This document shows, piece after piece, positions 1 through 11,535 of a DNA stretch of 64,000 bases (its first letter is position 1; every line of letters begins with the position of its first letter). The notes under the pieces are model-generated. The model was not told the DNA's origin, did no database searches, and saw only the letters and a program-made list of their open reading frames with translations. This DNA comes from Zootoca vivipara (Eukaryota): assembly GCF_963506605.1 (NCBI RefSeq), contig NC_083292.1:16368001-16432000 (forward strand). The letters are read 5' to 3'. Both the position numbers and the translations under genes were made by a program.

Positions 1-1042
1 ACATAAACACGGTTTTTTGCACTGGTGTGTAGTGCAGGCAACACCTGTCCAAAGAGCATTTACTATAAAAGACTACTGCACTGGAAGATTTAGTACACAA
101 ATGGGAGTAACAACAACAGTGGTTAGGAGGCTCAATCCAGATAGCAATGTTCAAGTCAGTCAGTTTCAAACAACTCTTATTCTACAAGAATCAACACAAA
201 GGAAAATTAATTTTACATCAAATTCGATAAATTACAAGCCAAACACCTGAGATCATTACTTCCCACTCAATTGCTAACTTACTTGTAATGCCTATAATAA
301 GCATTACACTTTATAGCATGAAATACCAATTAGTATTGGTACCAATTGGTATTTCAAATAAACAGATTACACTGTCTGCCATATACATTCCAGCTGCAGA
401 AGAGGTCAGGTCAGATATGGAGACACAAATGTACGGTAGATATTTTAACAGTTTCATCCATTCCTTACATAACTTTCTGCTAGTTGTACAAGCAAACTTA
501 ACACACTACAGATTCATCAAAACAAAACACTATTCATGGGAAAATAAAGTACTTTTGGCATGGCATGTCCCATTGTGTATGCATAAAAGAATAAGGGTTT
601 TGATGTTTTTAAAAATGGAATTTCTACCTGAGCTATAACACTAGGGATAAGAACAAGGGTAGACATCCCATGACCTTGCAGATGCTGCTGGACTACAATT
701 CCCATCACCCCTGATCACTGGCTATTCCAACTGAAGTACAACATCTACTGGGTCAGATGTTAGCCACTCCTGGATCAGGGGCAGCAATTGAAGATAGGCT
801 TCCTAACAGGTAAAGGAAATAACTTACGGCACAACACTTTCTAGGTGCTGTTCTGGCTTCCTCCACAGCTGTTGGCACCAATTTAGATTTGAAGATGAGG
901 TAAAAATCACTATACAGGATCCTTTGCCATTTTTCAGAACACAGCAAAAGAGCACAAGCACATTCTACACAGGAAATGTAGCATCACCACGCAATCATCC
1001 CGTCCCAAGAAATGTGGCTGGGCAAACTAGACAGATTCTCAC

Positions 1043-1248
1043 CTCATCTCGTCTTCCACCATTAGAAGAAGAGCTAAAAGGTTTGCTGCCACTGCCATGT
1101 CCACCCCTCTGAGGGGGCATCTTATTAAAAGCTTTGCTTTTCTGTGAAGTGGAGCGACGGGATTGGCTGGCAGAGTTATCATTTTTGGGATATGAAGTTT
1201 CTCGTTTACGATTATAACGCTGTTTGGATCCACCTGCATTTTTTCCAT
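1043..1248 (-). CDS. RNF10: RING finger protein 10, coding exon 2 (gene continues beyond left edge)
   Basis: Encodes (D)[22 protein letters not shown]...NKMPPQRGG...NGGRRDE, matching recalled RNF10; AG acceptor 1250-1249, GTGAG donor at 1042; phase 1 to 0 fits exon 1. Confidence 0.96.
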
Positions 1249-4200
1249 CTAGAAAGAGAGATAAAACAGTGGCTTTTAAAAAAAGCAATGCAAGTTCAGA
1301 GTCTCAGGACTGGAAAATGGAATCTTGACTACAACTAAGCTAATCACCTTCAAGTAACCCCTACTGCAACATGCAGCTTATACCATGTCAAAGCAACAAA
1401 AAGTCAGCAGGATAACCCTGGAGAAGCATTGTTAAGGTGCACCACACCACATGCAACCCAAAAATTCACAGAGGCAACAAAGGCATATTTAGTTATTGCA
1501 AGGATGCATCCAAATTGTTTCATGGGCTTTGTTACTACTCATCCCCAGAAAAAGCTACTTGAATATTTGTCTCCTATTTTAACAGTGCTATTCTAAACAC
1601 GTCCATTGAAAAGCAAGTCCCATTGAATTCAGTGGGGTTTACTACCAGTTAACTTGGTAAAAGACTGCAGTCTCAGTGCTTTGGATTATTCATAGTTTTA
1701 AACTGTGCTGAGAGAAAACTGCTGGTGAACAGATTGTTGGCATTAGACCATGTGATTGAGCCTGTCTATAGTAAATAGATCTGTTTGTAAACAGTTCTAT
1801 AGGAGCAACGTTTGTCTTTTTAAATGTGAATTGTATGCTGAATCTTTCTCCCCTCGAGAGCATTCAGTTCAACATATAGTGGGCATTTGTTGAACAAAAT
1901 CATATCTCTTGCATATATTGCAGTATCATGTTAAAAACTTGTTCCAGGAAGATAAACCTTTGCCTCTATTGCTACTAGTTTTGTAGTGGCTCATGCAGAA
2001 TAATCCCAAAGAAGAAATTACAGCTAGGGTAGAGAATAGTGCTTGCACTTCCCTCACTAGGATCACTTGATCCCGGAGCCCACATGGCTGATACACACTA
2101 TAAAAATAGGGCAAAAAGTCTGATATCCTCATGCCTACCTGTGCTAAGAGCATTTTAGTCAGTCATATATTTTCAGCTACAATCACACAACTTCAGCTAA
2201 ATACAGCTTACATCAGAGGTAGCTAATATGATGCTGTCCAGATGTTATAGACAACAACTTCCATCAGCTCCAAGCAGCATGGCTAATGGTGAAGGATGAT
2301 GGGAATTTTAGCTCACAACATCTGGAGGGTACCATGCTGGCTACCCCGACATGCACATATGGAACTTCAGGATTGTTCTTATCTCCATATAGATATTTTT
2401 CAGCATGCAGAGGCGCTACCATGTTATTGCATTTTGTTATATTGCTTGTTATTTGCCGGAGCGCTGCCCATTATGAATGAGATTTTAGGTCAGACATCTA
2501 CTATTAATTGCCTGTATATGCACATCATGCTAAATTATGGTTAGCTTCCTGTGACATAAACAAACTGAAGGAGCCTTAGCAGTACAGTGGGTTTATGCAC
2601 TCCTTTCTGTGCAGCTAGGAGAGAAAAAAGGTTGAAAGCTTTTGCACTGGATTAAGCACAGCAGCCATACTTTCTGTAACAATAAACTGCACTTACATTA
2701 ATTATGGTTTAGGTTCAACAAGCCAACTTCAAATTGCAGCTTGTTTAAACCAACTATAGAGAAGATTAACTACAGTTCTGAGTCCAGACAGCACACCAAC
2801 CTATTGAATATAGAAAACAGAAGAAAAACCTTCCATACTTTCTCCTGGCTGTGCAGAAAGGTCTGGGCAGCATAAAAACCTAAAGCTTACTGCAACTCAT
2901 CCTCCCAGACTAATAATCAAGTTCTCACTTTACTTTTACCAACATCCAGCTGTTGTGATATCTTAATTATTTCCATAGCACTGACAAGTGAGACTCATGA
3001 GTCTATATATATATATGAGGGATGGGGAACCTCTGGACCTCCAGATGTAACTACAACTCCCATCATCCCAGACATTTGGCTATGCTGATTTATGCTAATA
3101 GGACTTGGAGCCCAACAAATGTCAAAAGTTGCCTCTAAGTCTAAAATAATAATAGACAATCATAGTTTGCTAATTACAACCTTCAGACTCAGCTAAACAG
3201 CTACCTACAAGTAGGGAGGGAGTAATTAAGATTCCTTTACAAGCAATACAGGTGACTTCTACAACTTGAATGACATATGGAAGAAGGGTGATTTTTATGG
3301 AAGACATTTGGTAACTGCCAGCCAAGTAAAAGGTCACAATAATAGTGCAACTGCTTGTTACACTGACCTTACCAGTATTTGAGGATTACGTACTCAGAAT
3401 CAGCCACTTGCACAACTAGCTGTGTAGATTAGAATATAATCAGTGCCAGGACACATGGTCTGTGAAAGTCAGAAGTAGCACTTGCTCCACCCAAACCTTC
3501 TATCTCCACACTACATTCTTTAGCAGCAGCAGCAACCAACCATTAATTCAGTGTATCATCAGTCCGAACACAGCACTGCTTCTAATTTTGGTTTATAAAC
3601 ACAGTGTAAACAAGAACCCCGACTTCATAACAAATACCCTTTGGACTTCAAAGACCATATTCCTGCCAGAGAGGGAACTAATGGAAAATACAGAATACGA
3701 TGAGAGAGACAGGCAGGAGCCAAAGAGCAGCCACAGATGAATTAAAAGAATCCTTGGATGCAATCAGTTTTAGATTAGCATCTTGACCACATAATCAAAG
3801 CCTAAGATTGAGAGCATAAGAAAAGCCCTGTCAGATCAGGCCAATGACACATGTTGTCCAACATCCTGTTCTTGTAATAGCCATCCAGGTGCTCCAAAGG
3901 TAGTGGAACACAAGAACACTCTCCCCTCCTGCAATTCTCAGTAACTGGTACTGTATTCAGATAATGCCTCTTAAAAGTAGAGGCTGAGCACAGCCACTGT
4001 GGCTAGTAGCCACTAATACCTTTCTCCTCCATGAATTTATCTATGCCTCTTCTAAAGCCATCCAAGTTTGCGGCCATCACTACCCCCCTATGGAAGTGAG
4101 TTCCACAGTTTAACTATGGGAGGCACGAACAATTACTTTCTTCTGTCTGTCCTGAATATCTGGCATTTCATCTGTCCCGAACTTATGTTTATGGCTGCAG

Positions 4201-4529
4201 TCCTATATACACCAAGACCGGGAAAATCTGCAAGATGTTGTGGAACTTAAAATCATTCATACCTGCCCAAAAAGCCACTTTCAGGGCATGAGGCACCTGT
4301 GGGGTTTGGTCACACACCAAGAACACTGGAAGAAGAGGACTTTTCACCAGCCCCTCCACCTTCTTGTGGGAAAGTTCCTATAGGGCACTGAAGAGCAGAA
4401 CTGGTGTGCTACCCTGTATTTTAACGATGGCTTGCATTATAGCCCACCTTTACCTCTAAGAAGCTAAAGATAATACACATGGGCTCTATTCCTCCAATAC
4501 CCGCAAAAACCCGGCTAGCTTGTTCAGAC

Positions 4530-4640
4530 TGTGACTGGTCCCAGGGTCACCCAGCGAGCTTCCTGACCCGAGTGGGGATTCGAACCCTGGTCTCCCAGGT
4601 CCTAGCCCGGCACTCTAACCACCGCACCACCGGCTCTCAC
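4530..4640 (-). mobile_element. tRNA-derived SINE 5' fragment
   Basis: Reverse-complement B-box (GGGGATTCGAACCC) and A-box (CTCTAACCAC) arrangement. Confidence 0.55.
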
Positions 4641-4691
4641 TGGCACCTACCACACACACAAACTGGAAGCCTGCCCAACTAACTCCCTTAC

Positions 4692-4872
4692 CGCCTTTGG
4701 GCTTGGACTCTCCCCCGGCCGGGCCGGCCGAGTTAGAGCGGGGCTGCTGCCCTTTGCCTGCCGACGCCGAGGAAGAGGAGCCGGCGCCGAGGCCGGAGCC
4801 GCAGGGGTTGCTCTTGTCCATCACGTCGTGGGCTGGAGCTGCTGTTGCTGCGACGGGCGTGCTCTGGAGCAT
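4692..4872 (-). CDS. RNF10: RING finger protein 10, coding exon 1
   Basis: MLQSTP...MDKSN...SSSSASAGKGQQPRSNSAGPAGGESKPKG matches RNF10 N-terminus; GTAAGG donor at 4691; 181 nt, phase 1; second in-frame ATG at 4821 has better Kozak context. Confidence 0.93.
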
Positions 4873-4999
4873 TCACGGGCGCCGCGGAGGCGCTCTTGCG
4901 GGTACTGCGAAGGAGGCGGCGGCTGGGGCTGGGGCCGAGGCCCAGGCTCATGGCCCGGCGGCGGGGTCGGCGCAGCGCAGTCGTCTCGGCCACCTTCAT
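4733..4999 (-). other. Out-of-frame upstream ORF (88 aa) overlapping the RNF10 start
   Basis: GCCATGA at 4999, second in-frame GCCATGA at 4951, TAA at 4735-4733; overlaps the main CDS by 140 nt. Confidence 0.7.
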
Positions 5000-5007
5000 G
5001 GCGACAT
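4996..5007 (-). other. 3-codon uORF (M-S-P-stop) in the RNF10 5' leader
   Basis: AAA ATG TCG CCA TGA; its TGA overlaps the ATG of the 88-aa uORF. Confidence 0.65.
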
Positions 5008-5860
5008 TTTCCTCAATGCTTCCTGAAGAGGGAAACGGAGACAGGTAGGCCTCAAGAGCCGAGTCAGAGGCGGAGGCGGAGGAGCCGGCCGGGCCTGCGG
5101 GGCCCCGCGGACGGAGCAGCGGCGGCGGCCGAGAGAGAGGAGGCGGCGAGGAGGGACGGAGCCCCGCGAGGCCCGGCCCGGCCTTGGCTCGAGGGCGTCG
5201 GGAAGGCCGCAGTGTCGCCGCCCAAGGGAAGCCCCCCGGGCCGCCTCAGCCTCTCTCTCTCTCCGCACGACCGTTGCCGCCGCTGCCCTGTAATGGCGAC
5301 GAATCGCCGACCACAGTGACGGCCAAAGGCCCGGATGTGGCTCTTTTGGGGAGGTGGGAGGGACCAGCCTCGGCTCGTCGCAAGGCACGCCGGGCGTTGT
5401 CGTTTCTCCCTCTACGGACGGAACATAATTGGAACGCTGGGAAACTACAGTTCCCGGCATGCTCTCTTCGTCCCTGAGTCGGGCCTCGCCTTTTATTGAG
5501 AGGACCAAGGAGGACAAAAATAAAAACAACGCTTCTGGTTTGCAGCTGGACCTTGCCGCATCGCCTCATGGGATTTGTAGTAGAATAATGTCTCTTGGTG
5601 CCAAAGCCGCGATAGGATACGTAGCACAATAGTCTTCTGGAGTCTTGAAAAGTAACAAATTTACAGTATTGTGGCGTAACCTTTCGTGGACTGTTAAGAC
5701 AGCTCATCAGATACATTGCTATGCAGTACTGTACTGAATTACAGGTAGATATTTAAAAACACTTATAAACTGCTATGAATCTCATAGGGTTTTTTATGGG
5801 AGACAGTGAAGCAATCTCCCTCTTAGAAACAGAATTATCAGTGAGCGTTAGCCCATAAAC

Positions 5861-5994
5861 CAGGCATCCCCAAACTGCGGCCCTCCAGATGTTTTGGCCT
5901 AAAACTCCCATGATCCCTAGCTCAGGACCAGTGGTCAGGGATGATGGGAATTGTAGTCCAAAACATCTGGAGGGCCGAAGTTTGGGGATGCCTG
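5861..5994. mobile_element. ~135-bp palindromic hAT-type MITE between RNF10 and COQ5 promoters
   Basis: CAGGCATCCCCAAACT...AGTTTGGGGATGCCTG long terminal inverted repeats; multiple copies in window. Confidence 0.85.
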
Positions 5995-6559
5995 CTAAAC
6001 GATTGTGCCACAGTAGATTTTTTAGTCTTTAATACGCCACAGAACTCTTCTGTTTTTGCAGTACAAGGAGAGTTGTTTCTTGAGATTGCATTGCGGTACT
6101 AACGATCGTGATGCACAAACTTTCATTTCACCCCGCAGTTGTGCTGAAGAGTCCTCCATGATGTGGTATAGCTAGGTACCACATCATACTGTGTCTCATC
6201 ATGAGAAGTTGGTAAGATGATCACGATGCATTTACATCATCCGAAGTAGGCATAATTTAGCATTTTCAGTGTGAACGTATATGTATCTATTCAGAAACAA
6301 GCCCAAATGAATTCAGCCTTTTGTTTCTTTTACACCCTATTCTTTACACTTGCAAGTAAGTTCCTCTGACAGCCATAGAATTTAGCCCCAAGAAACTGAA
6401 CATGGAATTTTGGCCTTAAACAAATTCACATATCGTTTGCATAAGAGGAGACACCTAATTTTACATCCACGTCTGAACAGTGGCTATCATTATTATACAG
6501 CTATGGCAATTCACAGCGGTTGTTAGACCAGTCTTGAAAACTCCCCAACAATTCTCTCC

Positions 6560-6920
6560 GATGTTGACGATGCCCGTGACGTCGGCGTCTAAGGAAGAAT
6601 GAGCCCTTGCGAGTGGTTCACGCTTTGAGAATGGGCGGAGCTACAATGAAAGACGCGGCGAGGTGACGTAAAACCATTGCGACACCTGACAAGATGGCGG
6701 CCTCCATGGTTGTTGTCTCCCGCAGGGTTTGGGACGGCTGCCGCCGCGGGCAAAGAGTGCTTCGCCTCCTTCGGGGCCTGTGCAGCGGGGGACAGCGCCC
6801 GGCCACCGACGGAGAGACACATTTCGGGTTCCAGACCGTGTCTGAGTCGGAGAAAAGCGAGAAGGGTGAGCTAGGCGGAAGGGAGTAGCCAGGCCTCGCC
6901 TGAGTGGAGGCGTGGAGGCG
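6560..6920 (+). promoter_or_regulatory. COQ5 CpG island promoter
   Basis: CpG-rich; GTGACGT CRE-like sites (~6577, ~6663), GC box GGGCGGAG (~6633), YY1 motif AAGATGGCGGC over the ATG. Confidence 0.75.
6694..6865 (+). CDS. COQ5: 2-methoxy-6-polyprenyl-1,4-benzoquinol methylase, mitochondrial, exon 1
   Basis: Arg-rich presequence followed by ETHFGFQTVSESEK; G|GTGAG donor; 172 nt. Confidence 0.95.
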
Positions 6921-7080
6921 GAGTTTATTTGTTTTGTTTAAAATTGTCGGTTTTTTGGCTTTTTTAAAACAAAAGTAACTCAAAGCGACTTACAACAGTA
7001 AATAAATAACACATACATTAAAGGTAGCATGAAACTACAATAGAATAAATATCATTTTGTTTTTATTTATTATAACATAT

Positions 7081-7360
7081 AAAGGTAAAGGGACCCCTGA
7101 CCATTAGGTCCAGTCGTGACCAACTCTGGAGTTGCGGCGCTCAGCTTTCATTATTGGCCAAGGGAGCTGGTGTACAGCTTCCAGGTCATGTGGCCAGCAT
7201 GACGAAGCCGCTTCTGGCGAACCAGAACAGCACACGGAAACGCCGTTTACCTTCCCTCTGTAGTGGTACCTATTTATCTACTTGCACTTTGACGTGCTTT
7301 TGAACTGCTAGGCTGGCAAGAGCTGGGACCGAGCAACGGGAGCTCACCCCGTCGTTGGAT
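7081..7360 (-). mobile_element. Sauria (Squam1) SINE, 5'-truncated
   Basis: Begins AAAGGTAAAGGGACCCCTGACCATTAGG (reverse of the ACCTTT tail); matches the full copy at 19842-20189. Confidence 0.9.
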
Positions 7361-7419
7361 ACAAGCCTGTGAGAGGTCCAAGGGTCACCTAGTGCTGAAT
7401 GGGAATTTGAGCTCTGGTA

Positions 7420-7647
7420 TAGCATGTCAAAATGCAAGTAGATAAATAGGAACCGCTACAGTGGGAAGGTAAACGGCGTTTCCATGTGCTGCTTCTGGTT
7501 TGCCAGAAGCGGCTTTGTCATGCTGGCCACATGACCTGGAAGCTATACGCCGGCTCCCTCGGCCAATAATGCGAGATGAGCGCGCAACCCCAGAGTCGGT
7601 CACGACTGGACCTAATGGTCAGGGGTCCCTTTACCCTTTACCTTTAT
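7420..7647 (+). mobile_element. Sauria SINE 3' half, inverted relative to 7081-7360
   Basis: Ends GGGGTCCCTTTACCCTTTACCTTTA; reverse complement of the upstream copy. Confidence 0.9.
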
Positions 7648-7649
7648 TA

Positions 7650-7840
7650 CAGTGGTACCTCGGGTTACAGACACTTCAGGTTACAGACTCCGCTAACCCA
7701 GAAATAGTACCTCAGGTTAAGAACTTTGCTTCAGGATGAGAACAGAAATTGTTCTTAACTTGGTACCTCAGGTTAAGAACAATTTCAGGTTAAGAACTGA
7801 CCTCCGGAATGAATTAAGTTCTTAACCCGAGGTACCACTG
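7650..7840. mobile_element. Tc1/mariner(pogo-like) MITE
   Basis: TA|CAGTGGTACCTCGGGTT...AACCCGAGGTACCACTG|TA: TIRs with TA TSD. Confidence 0.88.
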
Positions 7841-7847
7841 TATAACT

Positions 7848-7981
7848 CATGCATCCCCAAACTTCGGCCCTCCAGATGTTTTGGACTACAATTCCCATCT
7901 TTCCCAACCACTGGTCCTGTTAGCTAGGGATCATGGGAGTTGTAGGCCAAAACATCTGGAGGGCCAGTTTGAGGATACCTG
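7848..7981. mobile_element. hAT-type palindromic MITE
   Basis: Same family as 5861-5994; 8-bp TSD GTATAACT. Confidence 0.85.
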
Positions 7982-8625
7982 GTATAACTATTAACATTAT
8001 GGTTTTATTTTGCCCTTTATCACATTTGTGACCCTGCATAAATGCATAAAAATTTAAAGTTACCTGAACATTCAGTGACATACAAAATGTATAAAATTAT
8101 AATCGGAATTTAACATAAACTGAATATTCAGTGGCGCAACAGTGTTGTGGCAAACTAAAGACTAACAAATTGGTTTTACACCATGCAGGAACTGAGTTTT
8201 CCAGGCAGATAGCCAATGATGGCTCCAGTTGACAGGAGGCAGGGAATGCTGTAGTTTGACTGTCAACACAGAAAAGGTCTTGTCCTAGATCATCACACAG
8301 TGTACCTCACCTATAAGTGGGTCCATGAGAAGGGCACAAGCAGACTTATATTGGGAGAGGTGCTCTTTCAAAGATCCAGGTCTCAAGTCATTTAGGACTT
8401 TATTTGTTAAAGGTAACACCTTAAATTGGGGCAAGAAAAGTAACTGGGGAAAGCTTTCAGGAATTGTGTGAGCCTATTCGAGAAAATGGCATCTGCCAGA
8501 GCTACATTTAGCTACCATTGAGCTACAGCCCTTCCCTGAAAGAAAAAAAGAAGTATCTTACAATATGTGGCAATGTAATCAACACATTATTTGATCATGA
8601 TCAGTGATGCAGCTATCATTTGCAG

Positions 8626-8775
8626 TTTACCAAGTTTTTGAAAATGTGGCTAAGAAGTATGATTTAATGAATGATTCAATGAGTCTGGGAATCCATCGTC
8701 TTTGGAAGGACAACCTGCTGCATCAAATGAACCCTTACCCTGGAAGCCAGTTGCTTGATGTTGCTGGAGGGACAG
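8626..8775 (+). CDS. COQ5: COQ5 exon 2
   Basis: [29 protein letters not shown]...LLDVAGGTG (SAM motif I); AG/GT; 150 nt. Confidence 0.97.
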
Positions 8776-10113
8776 GTGAGACTCATGTTGTTCATAGGGA
8801 TATTTTAATGAGCTTTAGCTCCACGTGTGAGACAATGTGTACAATATTTATTTTTTAGGAACTTAATAAGCTGCCTTATACAGAGTCAGAGCCTTGGTCC
8901 ACCTAGCTCAGATTTGTCAACCCTGACTGGTAGCAGCCTCTGGGAAGTGAGCAATCTCCAACAATCTGTATTGTGAAGAGATTAATGCTATTCAACTTGT
9001 TGCTCTGGAGTTGCGGGTGAGCAATGAATTAGGATTATAGGAAGCTGCATTTTGCCGGGTCAGACCACTAGTCATAACAGCAATGGCTTTCCAGGGTTTC
9101 AAGTATTGTCTCTCCCACCCCACCAGGAGATGTCAGGGATTGAATTTGGGATTGTCTGCATTAAAAAGAGATGCTCTACCACTGAGCTACAACCCTTCCT
9201 GTTCACTTTTTAGTCTTTCAGGTTATTAGTTTTTGTGTTTTGTTAAGCTTATTTGTTGGTTTCTAAATTGTATTTATATGTTGTGTGCGAATCAGGGTTT
9301 ATTCTAGCCTTCCAAAACCTGCTGGCCTCCAGATTTCATTGGACTACAACACCTATTAGCCCTAGCCAGCATGACCAATGGTCAAGGATGACAGTAGCAG
9401 TGATCCAAATCACTTGAAGAGCACCAGGTTGGGAAAACTGGTTTATTCACACTTCTGTATACATTCCTGGGAGCTTCTGATGAAGGGGTGTTAATGACTG
9501 AAACAAGTAATTAACGGTAGTACAATCCTCTGCAGATCTATTTGTCGCCAAGTCACACAATCTCAAAAGGGAATGACCCTCAGGAAAGTGGGTGGATGTG
9601 GTGCTTTCCATCAAGTGGTTCTCAACATGGTTTTGCACAATTTTGCAATAATACAAGATACTGAACAGACACATGCTTTACCCAGCAACTTTTAGTCCTC
9701 TGGTTGTTTGGGAAAGGGCCTTGACTCAGTGCTCAAGCATCTGCTTTGCATTCAAAAGGTTCCAGCTAGGACTGGTAGAGACTCCCTGCTTGAAACCCCG
9801 GAGAGCCATTGTCAGAACAGTGTAGGGAGCATTGAACTAGATGGGCCAATGGGCTGATTCAGCATAAGGCAGCTTCCTATGCACAACCTTTCTTGGGTGC
9901 TGCTGAAATTGTACTGTGCTTCCCTCTGGACAATCTCGGGACAGTTGGCATTTGGAGTTGAATGTTCTTCCTAGGTTGAATAAATGAATGCAGCTTGAGA
10001 ATGAATAAATACGGAAACTCCTAATGCAATACGTTAGCGCACTTACAATGCTTAAGCATTAAATTTTAGGGAAGAATCCCACATTGTGAGTCTTCCTTTC
10101 AAAACTAACGCAG

Positions 10114-10338
10114 GAGACATCGCCTTTCGGTTTATCAATTACGTGCGTTCCCAGCGGGAGCGACGAGTCCAGCAGCAGCTGAGATCCCATCAGAATTTAT
10201 CGTATGAGGAGATTACCAAGCTTTACCATGAAGAGGAGCATCAGTCCCTGGGAGGATCCCACGTGGTGGTTTGTGACATTAACAAGGAGATGCTGAAGGT
10301 TGGGAAGAAGAAATCACAACGCCTTGGTTATTCTCAAG
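10114..10338 (+). CDS. COQ5: COQ5 exon 3
   Basis: DIAFRFINY...VVVCDINKEMLKVGK; AG/GT; 225 nt. Confidence 0.96.
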
Positions 10339-11332
10339 GTAATAGACTGTTACTTCAGCAAAGGGATGGAAAACGTGTATGGATAGCCTAGTTCAACATC
10401 TAAGCCCCACCTTTTTGACTAGAAAAAAGTTTAACTTGCATTACTCAGATTACCCCATTACTTGTACAGTACGGTATATGTCAACCTAGTACACTTCCGT
10501 TATGTTGGACTACAATTCCCATCAGCCACAGCCAGCAAAGGCTGCTCTTAAGCATCCTGCCCATAAGCACTCAGCATACTGAATCATGTCTATCTATAAT
10601 TGGCAACAATGAGTTATTCTTTGAAGGTATGGAGAAGAGGTGAGTGACTGGCGACATGATAGTTTATAAAATTATGCATGGCATAAAGAAAATGGATAGA
10701 GAAATAGTTTTCTCCCTCTCTCACATTTAGTTGAGATTCCTGCATTGCAGGGAGTAGATGACACTTGGGGTCCCTTCCAACTCTTTTATTTTATTACTAA
10801 AACTTAACGGGCACCCAATGAAGCTGTATATTGGAAGATTCAGGGCAGATAAAGGACTTATTCACACAGCACATAGTTAAACTGTGGAACTCACTCCTAC
10901 ACGAGGCAGTGATAGCCATCTACCAGATGGCTTTAAAAGAGAATTAGACAAATTCATGGAGGAGAAACTAGCCACGAAGGTTGTGCTCAGCTCTATGATT
11001 GGAGACAGCAATGCTTCTGAGTACCAGTTTCTTGAAACCACAAAAGGGAAGAGTGCTTGTGTGCTTGAATCCTGCTTGCTGGTTTTCCACAGGCATCTGA
11101 TTGACCAGATCCAGCAGGCTTTTCTTATATTCGTATGGAATACTACAGCTACAGCGGTGTCTTTTTTAAGCTTTACTCCATACACGTATGCCATCTTGTG
11201 CTGGTTCGCTTTAAGTTGACTTTTGCCTGTAAATGATGGTGGATACTCTCCTAGCAGTCTGATGACACAGCCTTCCTGAAAGTTGCTTAGGGTGTGCCAC
11301 TGAGCAGTTTCCCTTTACATTCTCTTTCAAAG

Positions 11333-11439
11333 GATTATCCTGGGTGCTTGGAGATGCTGAAGAGTTGCCCTTCAACAATGACAGTTTCGACATATACACA
11401 ATTGCCTTTGGTATCCGGAATGTCACTCATATAGACCAG
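11333..11439 (+). CDS. COQ5: COQ5 exon 4
   Basis: [35 protein letters not shown]; AG/GT; 107 nt. Confidence 0.96.
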
Positions 11440-11535
11440 GTGAGCATGGGGGGCATTGGTTAGATCTTGCTGGATTTTACTCTTTGAAGAACACAACAGC
11501 TTGTTCTGCTGGATCAGAGCGAGGTCCATATAGTC

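Larger units (their letters stand above)
4690..5600. promoter_or_regulatory. RNF10 CpG island/promoter with two ZNF143(Staf)/THAP11-type ACTACA motifs
   Basis: Very GC/CpG-rich; ACTACAGTTCCCGGCATGC at 5444-5462 and CATGGGATTTGTAGT (reverse motif) at 5567-5581. Confidence 0.8.

Noticed and set aside
826-910. GCC|GTAAGT donor on minus strand in RNF10 intron 2
   Set aside because: Upstream acceptor has a weak pyrimidine tract; no convincing exon.
4697-5716. Long ORFs over the RNF10 CpG island (e.g. 4828-5319 +, 4996-5529 -, 5246-5716 -)
   Set aside because: Stop-poor GC-rich sequence, mostly non-ATG starts, low-complexity Arg/Gly/Pro; no recognisable protein. Only the ATG-led uORFs were kept.
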